From IMG/VR virus record IMGVR_UViG_3300028410_000746: 64,000 nucleotides of DNA, one strand, 5' to 3'. Source of the DNA: a virus. Taxonomy: Duplodnaviria > Caudoviricetes. A model generated the notes under the pieces. That model was not told the origin of the DNA. It worked only from the letters and a program-made list of their open reading frames with translations, and searched no databases. This document shows positions 27,936 to 36,532 of the stretch, piece by piece. Position 1 is the stretch's first letter, and each line of letters starts with the position of its first letter. Made by a program: the position numbers and the translations under genes.

Positions 27936-30566
27936 CTAGAGGACTTGGAGTCCCAGGATGTGGTCGTAGATGAGGGTGACGGATACCGGGGCGCCCTTGG
28001 GGGAGAGCTTGGTCATGTTGACCCTCCACGCGTCGGCGGGTGCGCTGAGGTCGTCCACGGTCACGATCAACACGGAGTCGGTAGAGTGGAACGGGAGCTG
28101 CGCCAAAAGTTCGTGCTGCTCCGGGCTCGGGTCGAGCCGCTCTCCGGCCATGTACATGGGGATAGCGATGCCAGAGGCCTTGATGCCTCCGTTGTGGATA
28201 CGCCGGAGTCGATCGCCGTCAACGAAGTGGACCTCCCAGATGCACGTAGGGATGGCGTCTCGGGTGTGTATGGCCACGTTCTTACCCCACTTGCTGACCG
28301 ACTCACGGTAGCTGCGGGTGAAGTCGAGAGACCCCAAAACAGCCGATGCTCGCGTCTCCTGGTCACGGGCGGTGGAGGCTTGGTGCGAGCGGGCCAGACC
28401 GGCCGGAATCAGTGCGTTGATGTCGTCCAGGATCTCACGCGTATGGGTGGGAAGCTCCCAGGACCTCAAGGCACACATCGCCGCGCTGGCGTACACACGG
28501 CCTGCATCCCCATAGACGTAAGATGTCCCCCCATGATGAGGGGAGCCGCTGAGCCATTGAGCGTGTGGAGTCCCGGCCAAGGAGGGCGTGAACAGGCCCA
28601 TCTCGACGTGCACCTCTTCCCCACTCTCGTGACGCAGGACGCGACCCGAGCGCTGAATCAGGAGGTCGGCCTCGCATACATCGGAGACGCCCCAGTCAAA
28701 GCTGACATCCAAAGACTCCTGGAGCACCTGCGTGCATATGACGATGTAGCCCTCACGCTCTTGGGGATCGGCGCCCTTACCGAAGCGACGCAGCACCTCG
28801 GCGTCACGTACCTCACGGTGTCCGACCGTGTAGCGAGAGTGCAGCAAGAGCACTCGGTCATACCCTGACAAGGCTTCATAGGCCGCACAGGCGGCGCGCA
28901 CGGTGTTTCGGAACCACACCACCGCCTCACCTCGGTTGGCTCGCCGGTGCAGCTCTTCCACGATGGGGTCGAGCCCACGCCGATCCTCTTCAAAGACGTT
29001 CCAGTGCACGTGCCGGATCTGGTGTGCGTCCACCGAGACCACGTTGATGTGGCCGCTGGAGCTGACGTGCGTGAGCGCGGGCAAGGGGACATCGGGGAGG
29101 TCTACAACCTCTCCTCGATACGCGGAGGCGAGCGCGCGGCGTGTCTTGGAGTCGCAGGTGGCGCTCATGGCGATCACGGGCTGTCCCTGTCGCCCGCAGT
29201 AGGCGAGCAGGTTACAGAGCAGAGGGAGCATGTGAGCGTCGAAGGCGTGGACCTCATCTATCAGAAGCACGGTACGGGTGAGCGCGCTCAGTCGCATGGG
29301 CGCAAAGTATCGCCCGATCGTCGCCAGGAGGGCTTGGTCTATTGTGCAGACATTGATTTGCGAGAACATGCTCTGTCGGGAGGACTTGAGCAGCCACTCG
29401 GAGGCGCTAATCAGGCCTCCATTCGAGTTGCGTTGAGCCTTCCACGGCTTGAATTCACTTCGAGTCGAGTGAATGAGCGCCATCGTGACGGGCTCATCAA
29501 AGGTTGCCTCCGTCCAGGCGTGCGCACGCCCGTAGAGGCCGTTGGCGGTAGCGCGAGTAGGCAACGCCAACGTCAGCCCTTTGTAGTCGCCATCACGCAT
29601 CATCTGACGCGCGAGCGCGAGCCCTACCTCCGTCTTACCCGCCCCCGTAGAGGCCTCGATGAGGACAAACCCGTCCGCAGAACTCAAGAGGGTCTCAGCA
29701 CCTACCTGGAGAGGCCGAGGTTCCCAGGTATCGTCGAGGAGACCGCTCCAGAAGGAGTAGGTGGTAGAGAGGGGCGTGTAGAGGATCTCCACGTCTGTAC
29801 ACGCCCTCTCCGCTTGAGGCTGTGCGATGGTCTCCCAATAAGCTCTCGGGTCCATACGCGCGCCACGCAGCGGGAAGTATTCAGGCGTGGAGCCCAGCCA
29901 ATCCGAGATCATCCCGACGCCCGCCAGGAGGTAGCTCGCGAAAGGCAGGTCCGGAGGGTTGGAGTAGTCGCCACGCATGGGTCCAAATACGCCCTGGATG
30001 ATTTCGGAGAGGTACGCAGTCAGGCGCTCGTCGCACCCAGGCACTCCCCACTGGAGCTGAGCCGTACGTGGGGTGGCGCCTTCTCGCTTCTGATGAGGCA
30101 AGGCGTAGCCGTGATGGCTCAGCGCGCTATGCAGCAGCGTCGTGATGTGGCGTCGTTCCTGACGCCCAGTACCGCTCTTGAGGTACTCCCGGATCACGTT
30201 CCTGCGTTCCCATCCCACCAGATCGTGACGGGCTTCGGTCTCACGCGCACCATCAGGCTGGGGGGTGATATCCAGGAGCGTACAGGCGGGTGCGCTTCGA
30301 GCCTGGAAGTTGTCCGTGAGCTTACCGATGTCATGGCAAGCGTAGAGCATGGGGAGGTCATGCCACAGGTCGTACATGCTCACACCCAAGGCCTCCGACA
30401 AGGGACGCCACCAACGCTCCTCGTGCCTGAGCAAGTGATTCACGACCGCCGCGACGTCGAGGTTATGATACACCACGCGGTGAATGGCAGTCACGGCCTC
30501 TTGTGAGCCGGGAGGCTGGTCTGTCTTGGCCCAACAGTCCCACATACCGATAGGTTTGGTCGTCAT
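27936..30566 (-). CDS. cas3: Cas3 HD nuclease-helicase
   Basis: YHNLDVAAV, CHDIGK, SHHG; EASTGAGKTE, IDEVH, MSAT, TQVLQESLDV, QRSGRVLRH. Confidence 0.98.
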   Translation of the reverse strand: MTTKPIGMWDCWAKTDQPPGSQEAVTAIHRVVYHNLDVAAVVNHLLRHEERWWRPLSEALGVSMYDLWHDLPMLYACHDIGKLTDNFQARSAPACTLLDITPQPDGARETEARHDLVGWERRNVIREYLKSGTGRQERRHITTLLHSALSHHGYALPHQKREGATPRTAQLQWGVPGCDERLTAYLSEIIQGVFGPMRGDYSNPPDLPFASYLLAGVGMISDWLGSTPEYFPLRGARMDPRAYWETIAQPQAERACTDVEILYTPLSTTYSFWSGLLDDTWEPRPLQVGAETLLSSADGFVLIEASTGAGKTEVGLALARQMMRDGDYKGLTLALPTRATANGLYGRAHAWTEATFDEPVTMALIHSTRSEFKPWKAQRNSNGGLISASEWLLKSSRQSMFSQINVCTIDQALLATIGRYFAPMRLSALTRTVLLIDEVHAFDAHMLPLLCNLLAYCGRQGQPVIAMSATCDSKTRRALASAYRGEVVDLPDVPLPALTHVSSSGHINVVSVDAHQIRHVHWNVFEEDRRGLDPIVEELHRRANRGEAVVWFRNTVRAACAAYEALSGYDRVLLLHSRYTVGHREVRDAEVLRRFGKGADPQEREGYIVICTQVLQESLDVSFDWGVSDVCEADLLIQRSGRVLRHESGEEVHVEMGLFTPSLAGTPHAQWLSGSPHHGGTSYVYGDAGRVYASAAMCALRSWELPTHTREILDDINALIPAGLARSHQASTARDQETRASAVLGSLDFTRSYRESVSKWGKNVAIHTRDAIPTCIWEVHFVDGDRLRRIHNGGIKASGIAIPMYMAGERLDPSPEQHELLAQLPFHSTDSVLIVTVDDLSAPADAWRVNMTKLSPKGAPVSVTLIYDHILGLQVL

Positions 30567-30829
30567 GTAGCTCTCAGCTTGGCGAGATGAATGGCGTGCT
30601 TGTATTTGGCCGATTCCACGTAGGTGGAGCTTCCCAGGAGCTTCGAGCCTCCTGACGAAGAGAAGAAGCGGGCGAGGTAGGGGGGGTTCTTCTTGTAGGA
30701 GGTCTCGGAGCGGTGAATCTCCATACGACCCTCGGGGACCTCACATGTGAAGTAGCGCGTAAGCCCAGCGGGACCGTGAACTTCCCATTGCAGCGTCTTG
30801 GAGAGCTTCTCGGCAGCCGTGATTTCCAT
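30563..30829 (-). CDS. Hypothetical protein coupled to cas3
   Basis: TGATG overlap upstream and ATGA overlap with cas3. Confidence 0.65.
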   Translation of the reverse strand: MEITAAEKLSKTLQWEVHGPAGLTRYFTCEVPEGRMEIHRSETSYKKNPPYLARFFSSSGGSKLLGSSTYVESAKYKHAIHLAKLRAT

Positions 30830-31197
30830 CAAGCCACCTCTACGGGCGCGCCGCACAGGTGGCAGAACTGCGAGGCGGGGATCAGCTCAGTCCCGCAGTT
30901 GTGGCAATACACGGCCTTACGGGGACCCTCCACCTCGAACTCCCCGAGCAGGTCGAGGTACGTATCATCCCTGCATCCCGCCAAGGAGAGTCGAATGCCG
31001 GGGAGGAGGTCGTCGTGGTGGTAGTCATGACCCTTGTGCAACAAGGTCGCGTTGTCTGCGTTGGGGGGACCCTGGAGGTCATTGACCCTACGCCCTCCAG
31101 GCTTGAAGACCCATAGCCGCACGGGGTACCCTCGATCAAACTCCAGCTCTCCGGTGCGACCTGTTGTGGATGCGACTTCATACTCATGATGTTTCAT
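30829..31197 (-). CDS. Protein with C-terminal double zinc ribbon
   Basis: CHNCGTELIPASQFCHLCGAPV; GGAGG RBS. Confidence 0.7.
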   Translation of the reverse strand: MKHHEYEVASTTGRTGELEFDRGYPVRLWVFKPGGRRVNDLQGPPNADNATLLHKGHDYHHDDLLPGIRLSLAGCRDDTYLDLLGEFEVEGPRKAVYCHNCGTELIPASQFCHLCGAPVEVA

Positions 31198-31200
31198 ATC

Positions 31201-31247
31201 TCAACCTCCTGTGGTCTGTATATACCACAGGAGGTTGAAGCTGTAAA
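31201..31247 (-). promoter_or_regulatory. Repeated phage promoter P4 with a 14-bp inverted repeat
   Basis: TTTACA-N17-TATATA; TCAACCTCCTGTGG-N10-CCACAGGAGGTTGA covers the -10 and the RBS. Confidence 0.75.
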
Positions 31248-31580
31248 AGGAAAACCCCACGTGTGTGGGGAAGGGGCGCGTAACTGCGGGGGAGGTCGTA
31301 GGAGCAGGGGAACATCCCCGCGTGTGCGGGGAAGGGCAACTGTATCAACTCAGCGTCCGGGAGTACGTGGGAACATCCCCGCGTGTGCGGGGAAGGGTTT
31401 TTGGGCGATCTTGCCCCTTTGGATGATCGGGGAACATCCCCGCGTGTGCGGGGAAGGGTTGAGCGTGTCGGCGGCGTCGTCGAGGGCGTAGGGGACATCC
31501 CCGCGTGTGCGGGGAAGGGGCGCTGACGCGCTCCCCCAAGACCGTGATCGTGGGGACATCCCCGCGTGTGCGGGGAAGGG
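31247..31580 (-). CRISPR. CRISPR array 2: 5 repeats plus 1 degenerate trailer, 5 spacers of 32 nt
   Basis: Repeat CCCTTCCCCGCACACGCGGGGATGT(T/C)CCC with a 61-nt period. Confidence 0.98.
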
Positions 31581-31725
31581 TCTGTGCCAAGAAGTCACAT
31601 GCGTTAGATCGCGTAAGTATTCGGTTTTCAAAGACTTCTCAGATCCAGCGCCGTTCGGTGCCACCCTTGAGCGACCTCTCCGAGGTCCTTATGGTAACCT
31701 TGGAGAGGGAGACCTGTCAAGCCTC
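31581..31725 (-). promoter_or_regulatory. Promoter and leader of array 2
   Basis: GAAAGAGGC-TTGACA-N18-TACCAT; homologous to 33545-33712. Confidence 0.8.
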
Positions 31726-31751
31726 TTTCACAGCCTCGAAGAACACGGGGA

Positions 31752-31780
31752 GGGGACATCCCCGCGTGTACGGGGAAGAG
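31752..31780 (-). CRISPR. Solitary repeat upstream of the array-2 promoter
   Basis: CTCTTCCCCGTACACGCGGGGATGTCCCC preceded by the leader end TGGCACAGA. Confidence 0.85.
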
Positions 31781-31927
31781 TCTGTGCCATACGTGTGAAC
31801 TTGAGCATGGGGAAGTCCTCAAAGAAGAAGTAGGGGTCCACGGATTTTCGAGGGTAGCGAAAAAAGCAGCATTGGTAACCTCTTTTGGCAGGGATACCAC
31901 AACCACCTCCCCCACGTCAAGGGGGTA

Positions 31928-32524
31928 TTACGTGCTCCAACGTGCGCCGTGGAACGTGTGCTCCACATCTCGTCCAGCCTGATCCGGGAAGACGGGATGC
32001 TGGGCAGAGTAGCCCAAGGTCAGGAGCTTGAGGTAGGCCATGTAGCAGGGGTTGAACAGGACCTTGATGTCGAAGTGGTTGAGCCCTGACCCCTTACACT
32101 TCTGCTCCAGCGTGGAGATGTAGGGACACGTGATCTCCGTGCTGTCCCAGTTGTATCCTTCCACGAAGGCGGAAGCGGCGGCATCCTCCGCCCACTGTCG
32201 AACCTTGGTGAGGGTGTCCAGGGGGCGATCACGAACTCGTCGGTGCTTGATCGCCTCCTCAAACACCAGATCGTATTCACGCTGGAGGTAGTCCTGAAGA
32301 CGCAACCCCTTCGAGGCGGAGGTACGACGTGGGCGAGCCCCAGCACCAAGAGCTGCTTCACGTGCAAGCGTGAGGGTCTCCTCCTTGGTTCGGTAGCTCG
32401 GATCTTCGGCCGTGATCAGGCCCGCCTGGATGGCGGTCGTAATCGCGACGCGGTAATGCGCGGTCTCTGGCTTTGTATCGTAGAACTCGACAGCTTCCAG
32501 GACGTCTTGTGCGGTGGGCTTCAT
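31928..32524 (-). CDS. Hypothetical protein
   Basis: 198-aa ATG ORF. Confidence 0.65.
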   Translation of the reverse strand: MKPTAQDVLEAVEFYDTKPETAHYRVAITTAIQAGLITAEDPSYRTKEETLTLAREAALGAGARPRRTSASKGLRLQDYLQREYDLVFEEAIKHRRVRDRPLDTLTKVRQWAEDAAASAFVEGYNWDSTEITCPYISTLEQKCKGSGLNHFDIKVLFNPCYMAYLKLLTLGYSAQHPVFPDQAGRDVEHTFHGARWST

Positions 32525-32577
32525 TTGAAGGCTCCAGGTTGTAGATAGAGTTAAGGATCGCGCTCTTGTTGCTTGCC

Positions 32578-32952
32578 TCAGGATTTACTTCCAATGCGTA
32601 GGGCGGTACCCGAGCGCGCGTTGCCACCCACGCTCAAGCATGTGAGAGAGGTACCCGCGCGTACATCACCTGCGATGCCCTCCCCTACAGTCACGCTGCC
32701 TCCCGCCTTCACCTCTCCCGTCACACTGCCCCTTTCCACGTGTACGGACCCCACATCGCCAGGGAGGGTCACGCGGAACTCTTCATTGTCCGTGACCACC
32801 TCTCCATGCACTTCATCATCGACGAGGATTGTGTACCGTACGACGACCTTCACGCCCTTCCGCTCTTCGCGCGTCCCACCTCCAATAGAAATGTGCGCGC
32901 CCGAGATGGTAGAGTTGGAGATGTTCCCCGAGATCGTGATGTTCTTGCTCAT
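32578..32952 (-). CDS. Beta-helix (bactofilin-like) protein
   Basis: ISGNISNSTISG and VTGEVKAGGSVTVGEGIAGDVRAG repeats; AGGAG RBS. Confidence 0.55.
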   Translation of the reverse strand: MSKNITISGNISNSTISGAHISIGGGTREERKGVKVVVRYTILVDDEVHGEVVTDNEEFRVTLPGDVGSVHVERGSVTGEVKAGGSVTVGEGIAGDVRAGTSLTCLSVGGNARSGTALRIGSKS

Positions 32953-33085
32953 GTGCCTTTCTCCTGAGTGTGAAACGGGTCAGATAGGATGTACCACAGC
33001 ACATGAGCGATGGTAAAGCACGAAAAAGCCCCTCCGTGCGGCAGCTCTTCAGCTACGACATGGAGGGGCTTTGAGGGGTCGATCT

Positions 33086-33445
33086 TCAGACGCTCAGGGA
33101 GGCCTTGCCGTAGTACGAGTTGGACATCGCGGACGCCTTCCAGCCCCACTCGTCACGGCAATACTGCAAGAACTGAGACCGCTCCAGAACCACCTCTTCC
33201 TTGACAGACATGCTGAACATGTCGATCACCTCCTCGTAGTCCTTGACATGGCTCGTAGGGCACTGACCCTCAAGCCTCTTGAGCTTCCGGGGGAAGGACG
33301 TGAGGTCCGAGACATCCATCTCCTCACACGTCTCCTGGAGGTCCTCGCGCCACAGCTTGAGCGCCTCCAGGTAAGTCTTCTCGTGCGTCTCCATGTTAGC
33401 TTCGAGTCGCTCCAGCAACTCCTCCGTCTTGACCGTAACCTGCAT
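33086..33445 (-). CDS. Hypothetical protein
   Basis: GAGGTGGAG-ATG; MQVTVKTEELLERLEANMETHE. Confidence 0.65.
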   Translation of the reverse strand: MQVTVKTEELLERLEANMETHEKTYLEALKLWREDLQETCEEMDVSDLTSFPRKLKRLEGQCPTSHVKDYEEVIDMFSMSVKEEVVLERSQFLQYCRDEWGWKASAMSNSYYGKASLSV

Positions 33446-33544
33446 CTCTCCACCTCTGTACATGCCCATCTTGATATCCTCGATCGCGAGTGAGCGTCGA
33501 AGGTAACTCAGACATGCCTCGCCGTCAAGTCGGGGGGTATCTTG

Positions 33545-33712
33545 AAAGAGGCTTGACACATCCGGCGTGTTGCGGTTACAGTAATGAAGCCTGGAGCGGT
33601 GGAGAGCGGTGGAGAGCGGTGGAGAGCGGTGACCTTGTTTGGCACCGAACCTGAGAAGTCTTTGAAAACCGAATACTTACGTCATTCCGCTCATGTGACT
33701 TCTTGGCACAGA
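33545..33712 (+). promoter_or_regulatory. Promoter and leader of array 3 (contains GGAGAGCGGT x3 at 33601-33630)
   Basis: GAAAGAGGC-TTGACA-N18-TACAGT; shares GAGAAGTCTTTGAAAACCGAATACTTACG and CATGTGACTTCTTGGCACAGA with the array-2 leader. Confidence 0.8.
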
Positions 33713-34312
33713 CCTTTCCCCACGCACGTGGGGATGTTCCCATGTAGCAAGACATGTAGTAGGAGGCGCTGGGCCTTTCCCCACGCACGTGGGGATGTTC
33801 CCTACAGGAGTTCCTTGGGGGCTATCTGAGGGGGCCTTTCCCCACGCACGTGGGGATGTTCCCGTGGGGCGGTCTGGATGAGGCAGGCATCCTCACCTTT
33901 CCCCACGCACGTGGGGATGTTCCGCGTCCGCATCAAGGGCCGCAACCTGGGTGGGCCCTTTCCCCACGCACGTGGGGATGTTCCCTCACCTCGAAGGGTC
34001 CCCGCCCCCTCAAAGTCCCTTTCCCCACGCACGTGGGGATGTTCCCTTCCTCCAGGATCTCAGTGTCTTCGGGAACGTCCTTTCCCCACGCACGTGGGGC
34101 TGTTCCTGTTCCTGTTCCTGTTCCTGTTCCGCCTTGGCTCCCAGGACCATCGCTCGTGACGAGCCCTTCCCCGTACACGCGGGGGTGTTCCCTCTGTGCT
34201 ACCGCAGCGTCGACCTTGGCCCCCTTCCCCGCACACGCGGGGATGTCCCGTCCAAAATCGTCCGTGGTCCCCCGTGAGGCCCTCTTCCCCACGCACGTGG
34301 GGACTTTGTTCC
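33713..34312 (+). CRISPR. CRISPR array 3: 10 repeats, 9 spacers
   Basis: Repeat CCTTTCCCCACGCACGTGGGGATGTTCCC. Repeat 7 is expanded by CTGTTC x5; the last three repeats diverge. Confidence 0.98.
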
Positions 34313-34361
34313 TCTCCTTATATGCTGTATCCCTGGAGACCCACCACTTTGGAGCAGGCAC

Positions 34362-34982
34362 ATGGCTTTTGATTTTCTCGGTACCTTTACGCGACCTCAG
34401 CTCGACGCGTTGGATACGTTCGTCCGTGCTCATGCCGTCAACGCGGCTCAGCGGATCACGGCTATCAAAGGGGAGATAGAGCGCCTCGGATGGCTGGAGT
34501 ACGACTTCAATGAGGAGGGACAACGCGTGGGATACCGCGTCGCTCCGGAAGGCAGCACGCTCCACAGGTACGCGATGGCGTTTGCCTATGAAGGGGGAGA
34601 CCTCAACGCCTTGCAGATCCGATCACGAGGAGACTGGATCTACCAGATCAAGGGGGAGTGGGACCTTCGAGAGGACGTGGCCTATGCCGGAGGCGTCCCC
34701 TCGGAGGGTGAGTACCGGGACAGCGGCGGGCTCTACAATGATCAGGAGCCCGGCACAGAGGTGGAGAGGTTCAAGGAGCTGGTGATCCCGAGCCTGAAGC
34801 GCCGGCGCGAAGACTCCGAATACCGCGTCAAGAGGACCGTGGACCGCTCCGACCAGCTCATAGAGGAGTTGATCCTGCTCATCAAGAGGACCACAGGAGC
34901 CGAGACCCTGGACGCGTTGCGCATCAACCTGGACTTCATGCTCGCGTCCGGGGACTATCCCTCGGCCACCAGCGACACCTGA
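34362..34982 (+). CDS. Probable virion structural protein
   Basis: GGAG-ATG; MAFDFLGTF; resumes the + strand structural module. Confidence 0.55.
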   Translation: MAFDFLGTFTRPQLDALDTFVRAHAVNAAQRITAIKGEIERLGWLEYDFNEEGQRVGYRVAPEGSTLHRYAMAFAYEGGDLNALQIRSRGDWIYQIKGEWDLREDVAYAGGVPSEGEYRDSGGLYNDQEPGTEVERFKELVIPSLKRRREDSEYRVKRTVDRSDQLIEELILLIKRTTGAETLDALRINLDFMLASGDYPSATSDT

Positions 34983-35251
34983 CCCCCCGGAGACCTAATC
35001 CAGATGGAGTATGTTTCCGTCTTTGAGGGCCAACAGGTCAAGACCTGCCAGAAGGGCCTCAATGTCTATGTGCTCAGGGAGAGTCAAGACGAACATCTCT
35101 TCAACCTCCTGTAGAAGAGAGTTCTTGGGAAGACGCTTTGTGATTTCGTTCCGCGCTTCGTCCCGCCTTTTGGCGAGCTGGGCCGGAGTCTCCTCTTCAA
35201 GGGGGGGTCGGAGGGCGAAGAGATGTCTGCTCAGTGCGGCCTGCGAGTGTG

Positions 35252-35575
35252 TCAGGGCTGTATCTCTTGATTGTGTTGAGCTACGGCACTGGGCCAGTGT
35301 TTGAGGAGCGCCTGAGCGGCCTCCTCGAAGTCCCCCGTAGTATGTAGCTTTTCATCCCAGGATGCAACCGTCCACAGCTTCGTCTCTCGGTTCTGGGTCA
35401 CCTCAAGCAGGGTCTCCCACTCGCCGCCCAGCTCTTCGTGTTCCCACCAGATGCAGCAGAAGATGGGGTCGTGACAGCGACGCATGGCTTGCACCGACCC
35501 ATGCGTCGCTTCGTACACGTGGCAGTCCTTTGGGAGCAGCTCCTTGAGGCGTGCGACTTGTTCATCCAGGGTCAT
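35252..35575 (-). CDS. Hypothetical protein
   Basis: ATGA overlap with the upstream ORF. Confidence 0.55.
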   Translation of the reverse strand: MTLDEQVARLKELLPKDCHVYEATHGSVQAMRRCHDPIFCCIWWEHEELGGEWETLLEVTQNRETKLWTVASWDEKLHTTGDFEEAAQALLKHWPSAVAQHNQEIQP

Positions 35576-36081
35576 CGTACCACCACCTCGCTGTAGGCCT
35601 TCTTTTCTTTGGGCGCAGGCATGACCGGCACTCCGATTGTGTACTCTTCGGGAGGGTCTTCGGGAGGGTCTTCGGGAGGGTCTTCGCGGCGTGTCGAAGT
35701 CTCAACATGTGGGGGAGAGGGAGGGTTCTCTATTATGGTGAGGGTACGTGTGACCGGCATGAGGCGGTCGTAAGGTCTCGTAAGCGCGAAGAAGGTGAAG
35801 ACCGTGAGAAGTGCCTCCATATCCCCCTGATAAACCAGGAGAATCACCATCAGGACCTCCGCCACGAACAGCGTAGGCTCCTTGAAAGGCGCCAGGAGAG
35901 GCCGCGCTTCCCCCCCTGTCCACCATCCCCACGCATCATACAGGGTGAAACAGACGAGGCTGAGTATGACCAGAGGGGGTCCAGATAGTCGGCGTAGTAG
36001 AAGGCGACCGCATACACAGGGCGCAGTAAGAGCGAACACAGTACGCGGGGGGAAGGGAGGGTATAGGTTTTCACAGGACAC
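35572..36081 (-). CDS. Membrane protein with a PPED repeat
   Basis: Hydrophobic segments; 12-nt repeat x3 near 35650-35685; start uncertain. Confidence 0.5.
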   Translation of the reverse strand: MSCENLYPPFPPRTVFALTAPCVCGRLLLRRLSGPPLVILSLVCFTLYDAWGWWTGGEARPLLAPFKEPTLFVAEVLMVILLVYQGDMEALLTVFTFFALTRPYDRLMPVTRTLTIIENPPSPPHVETSTRREDPPEDPPEDPPEEYTIGVPVMPAPKEKKAYSEVVVR

Positions 36082-36157
36082 CTCGTGTGTGGGTCAGGCC
36101 TTCTTGATACTGCAAACGGCTCGCGCCCGTCAAGTCAGATCTTCGTGTGAAATAGTT

Positions 36158-36186
36158 TTTACGACCCACCCCCCTTGTGGTATATG
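36158..36186 (+). promoter_or_regulatory. Repeated phage promoter P5
   Basis: TTTACG-N17-TATATG with CTTGTGG. Confidence 0.8.
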
Positions 36187-36241
36187 ATGTATGTAAGACA
36201 ACACAGCGCCCCAACGGCGCACCACGACACAGGAGCTTCTC

Positions 36242-36517
36242 ACGTCTGATCTCAACTACATCGCTCTCGGCCCCAAAAAACAGATCCTCAACAAGGGTCG
36301 CATCACCGACATCAATGAGTTCATGAAGCGCAAATGGCACCGCGAATGTGAGATCGTGGGTGTCGATGAGGACGGCATCATCATGGGCCACGTCCACGTC
36401 AACAGCAAGAGGGCGGGCTTGACCAACCTCACCAAGGTGAAGGGTACGCCCCTCAAGGTCTACCTCGCCCAGAACGGCTACCCGGAGGCGCCCGAGGCGT
36501 TCCTCAAGGGCGACTGA
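36242..36517 (+). CDS. Hypothetical protein (ACG at the expected start; first ATG at 36323)
   Basis: AGGAG-N6-ACG in frame with the ORF. Confidence 0.5.
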   Translation, partial: TSDLNYIALGPKKQILNKGRITDINEFMKRKWHRECEIVGVDEDGIIMGHVHVNSKRAGLTNLTKVKGTPLKVYLAQNGYPEAPEAFLKGD

Positions 36518-36532
36518 CCCCACCGGCCCTCC

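Noticed and set aside
26319-30506. Long + strand ORFs of 529, 307 and 519 aa opposite cas7/cas3 (similarly 195-944, 53271-54329, 57073-58476, 59473-60468)
   Set aside because: Antisense shadow frames typical of high-GC coding DNA; the minus strand carries clear family motifs.
34985-35260. Open minus-strand frame (…LSRHLFALRPPLEEETPAQ…GNILHLD) with no ATG/GTG start near its 5' end
   Set aside because: I cannot place a start or RBS, so it may be a gene remnant; insufficient support.
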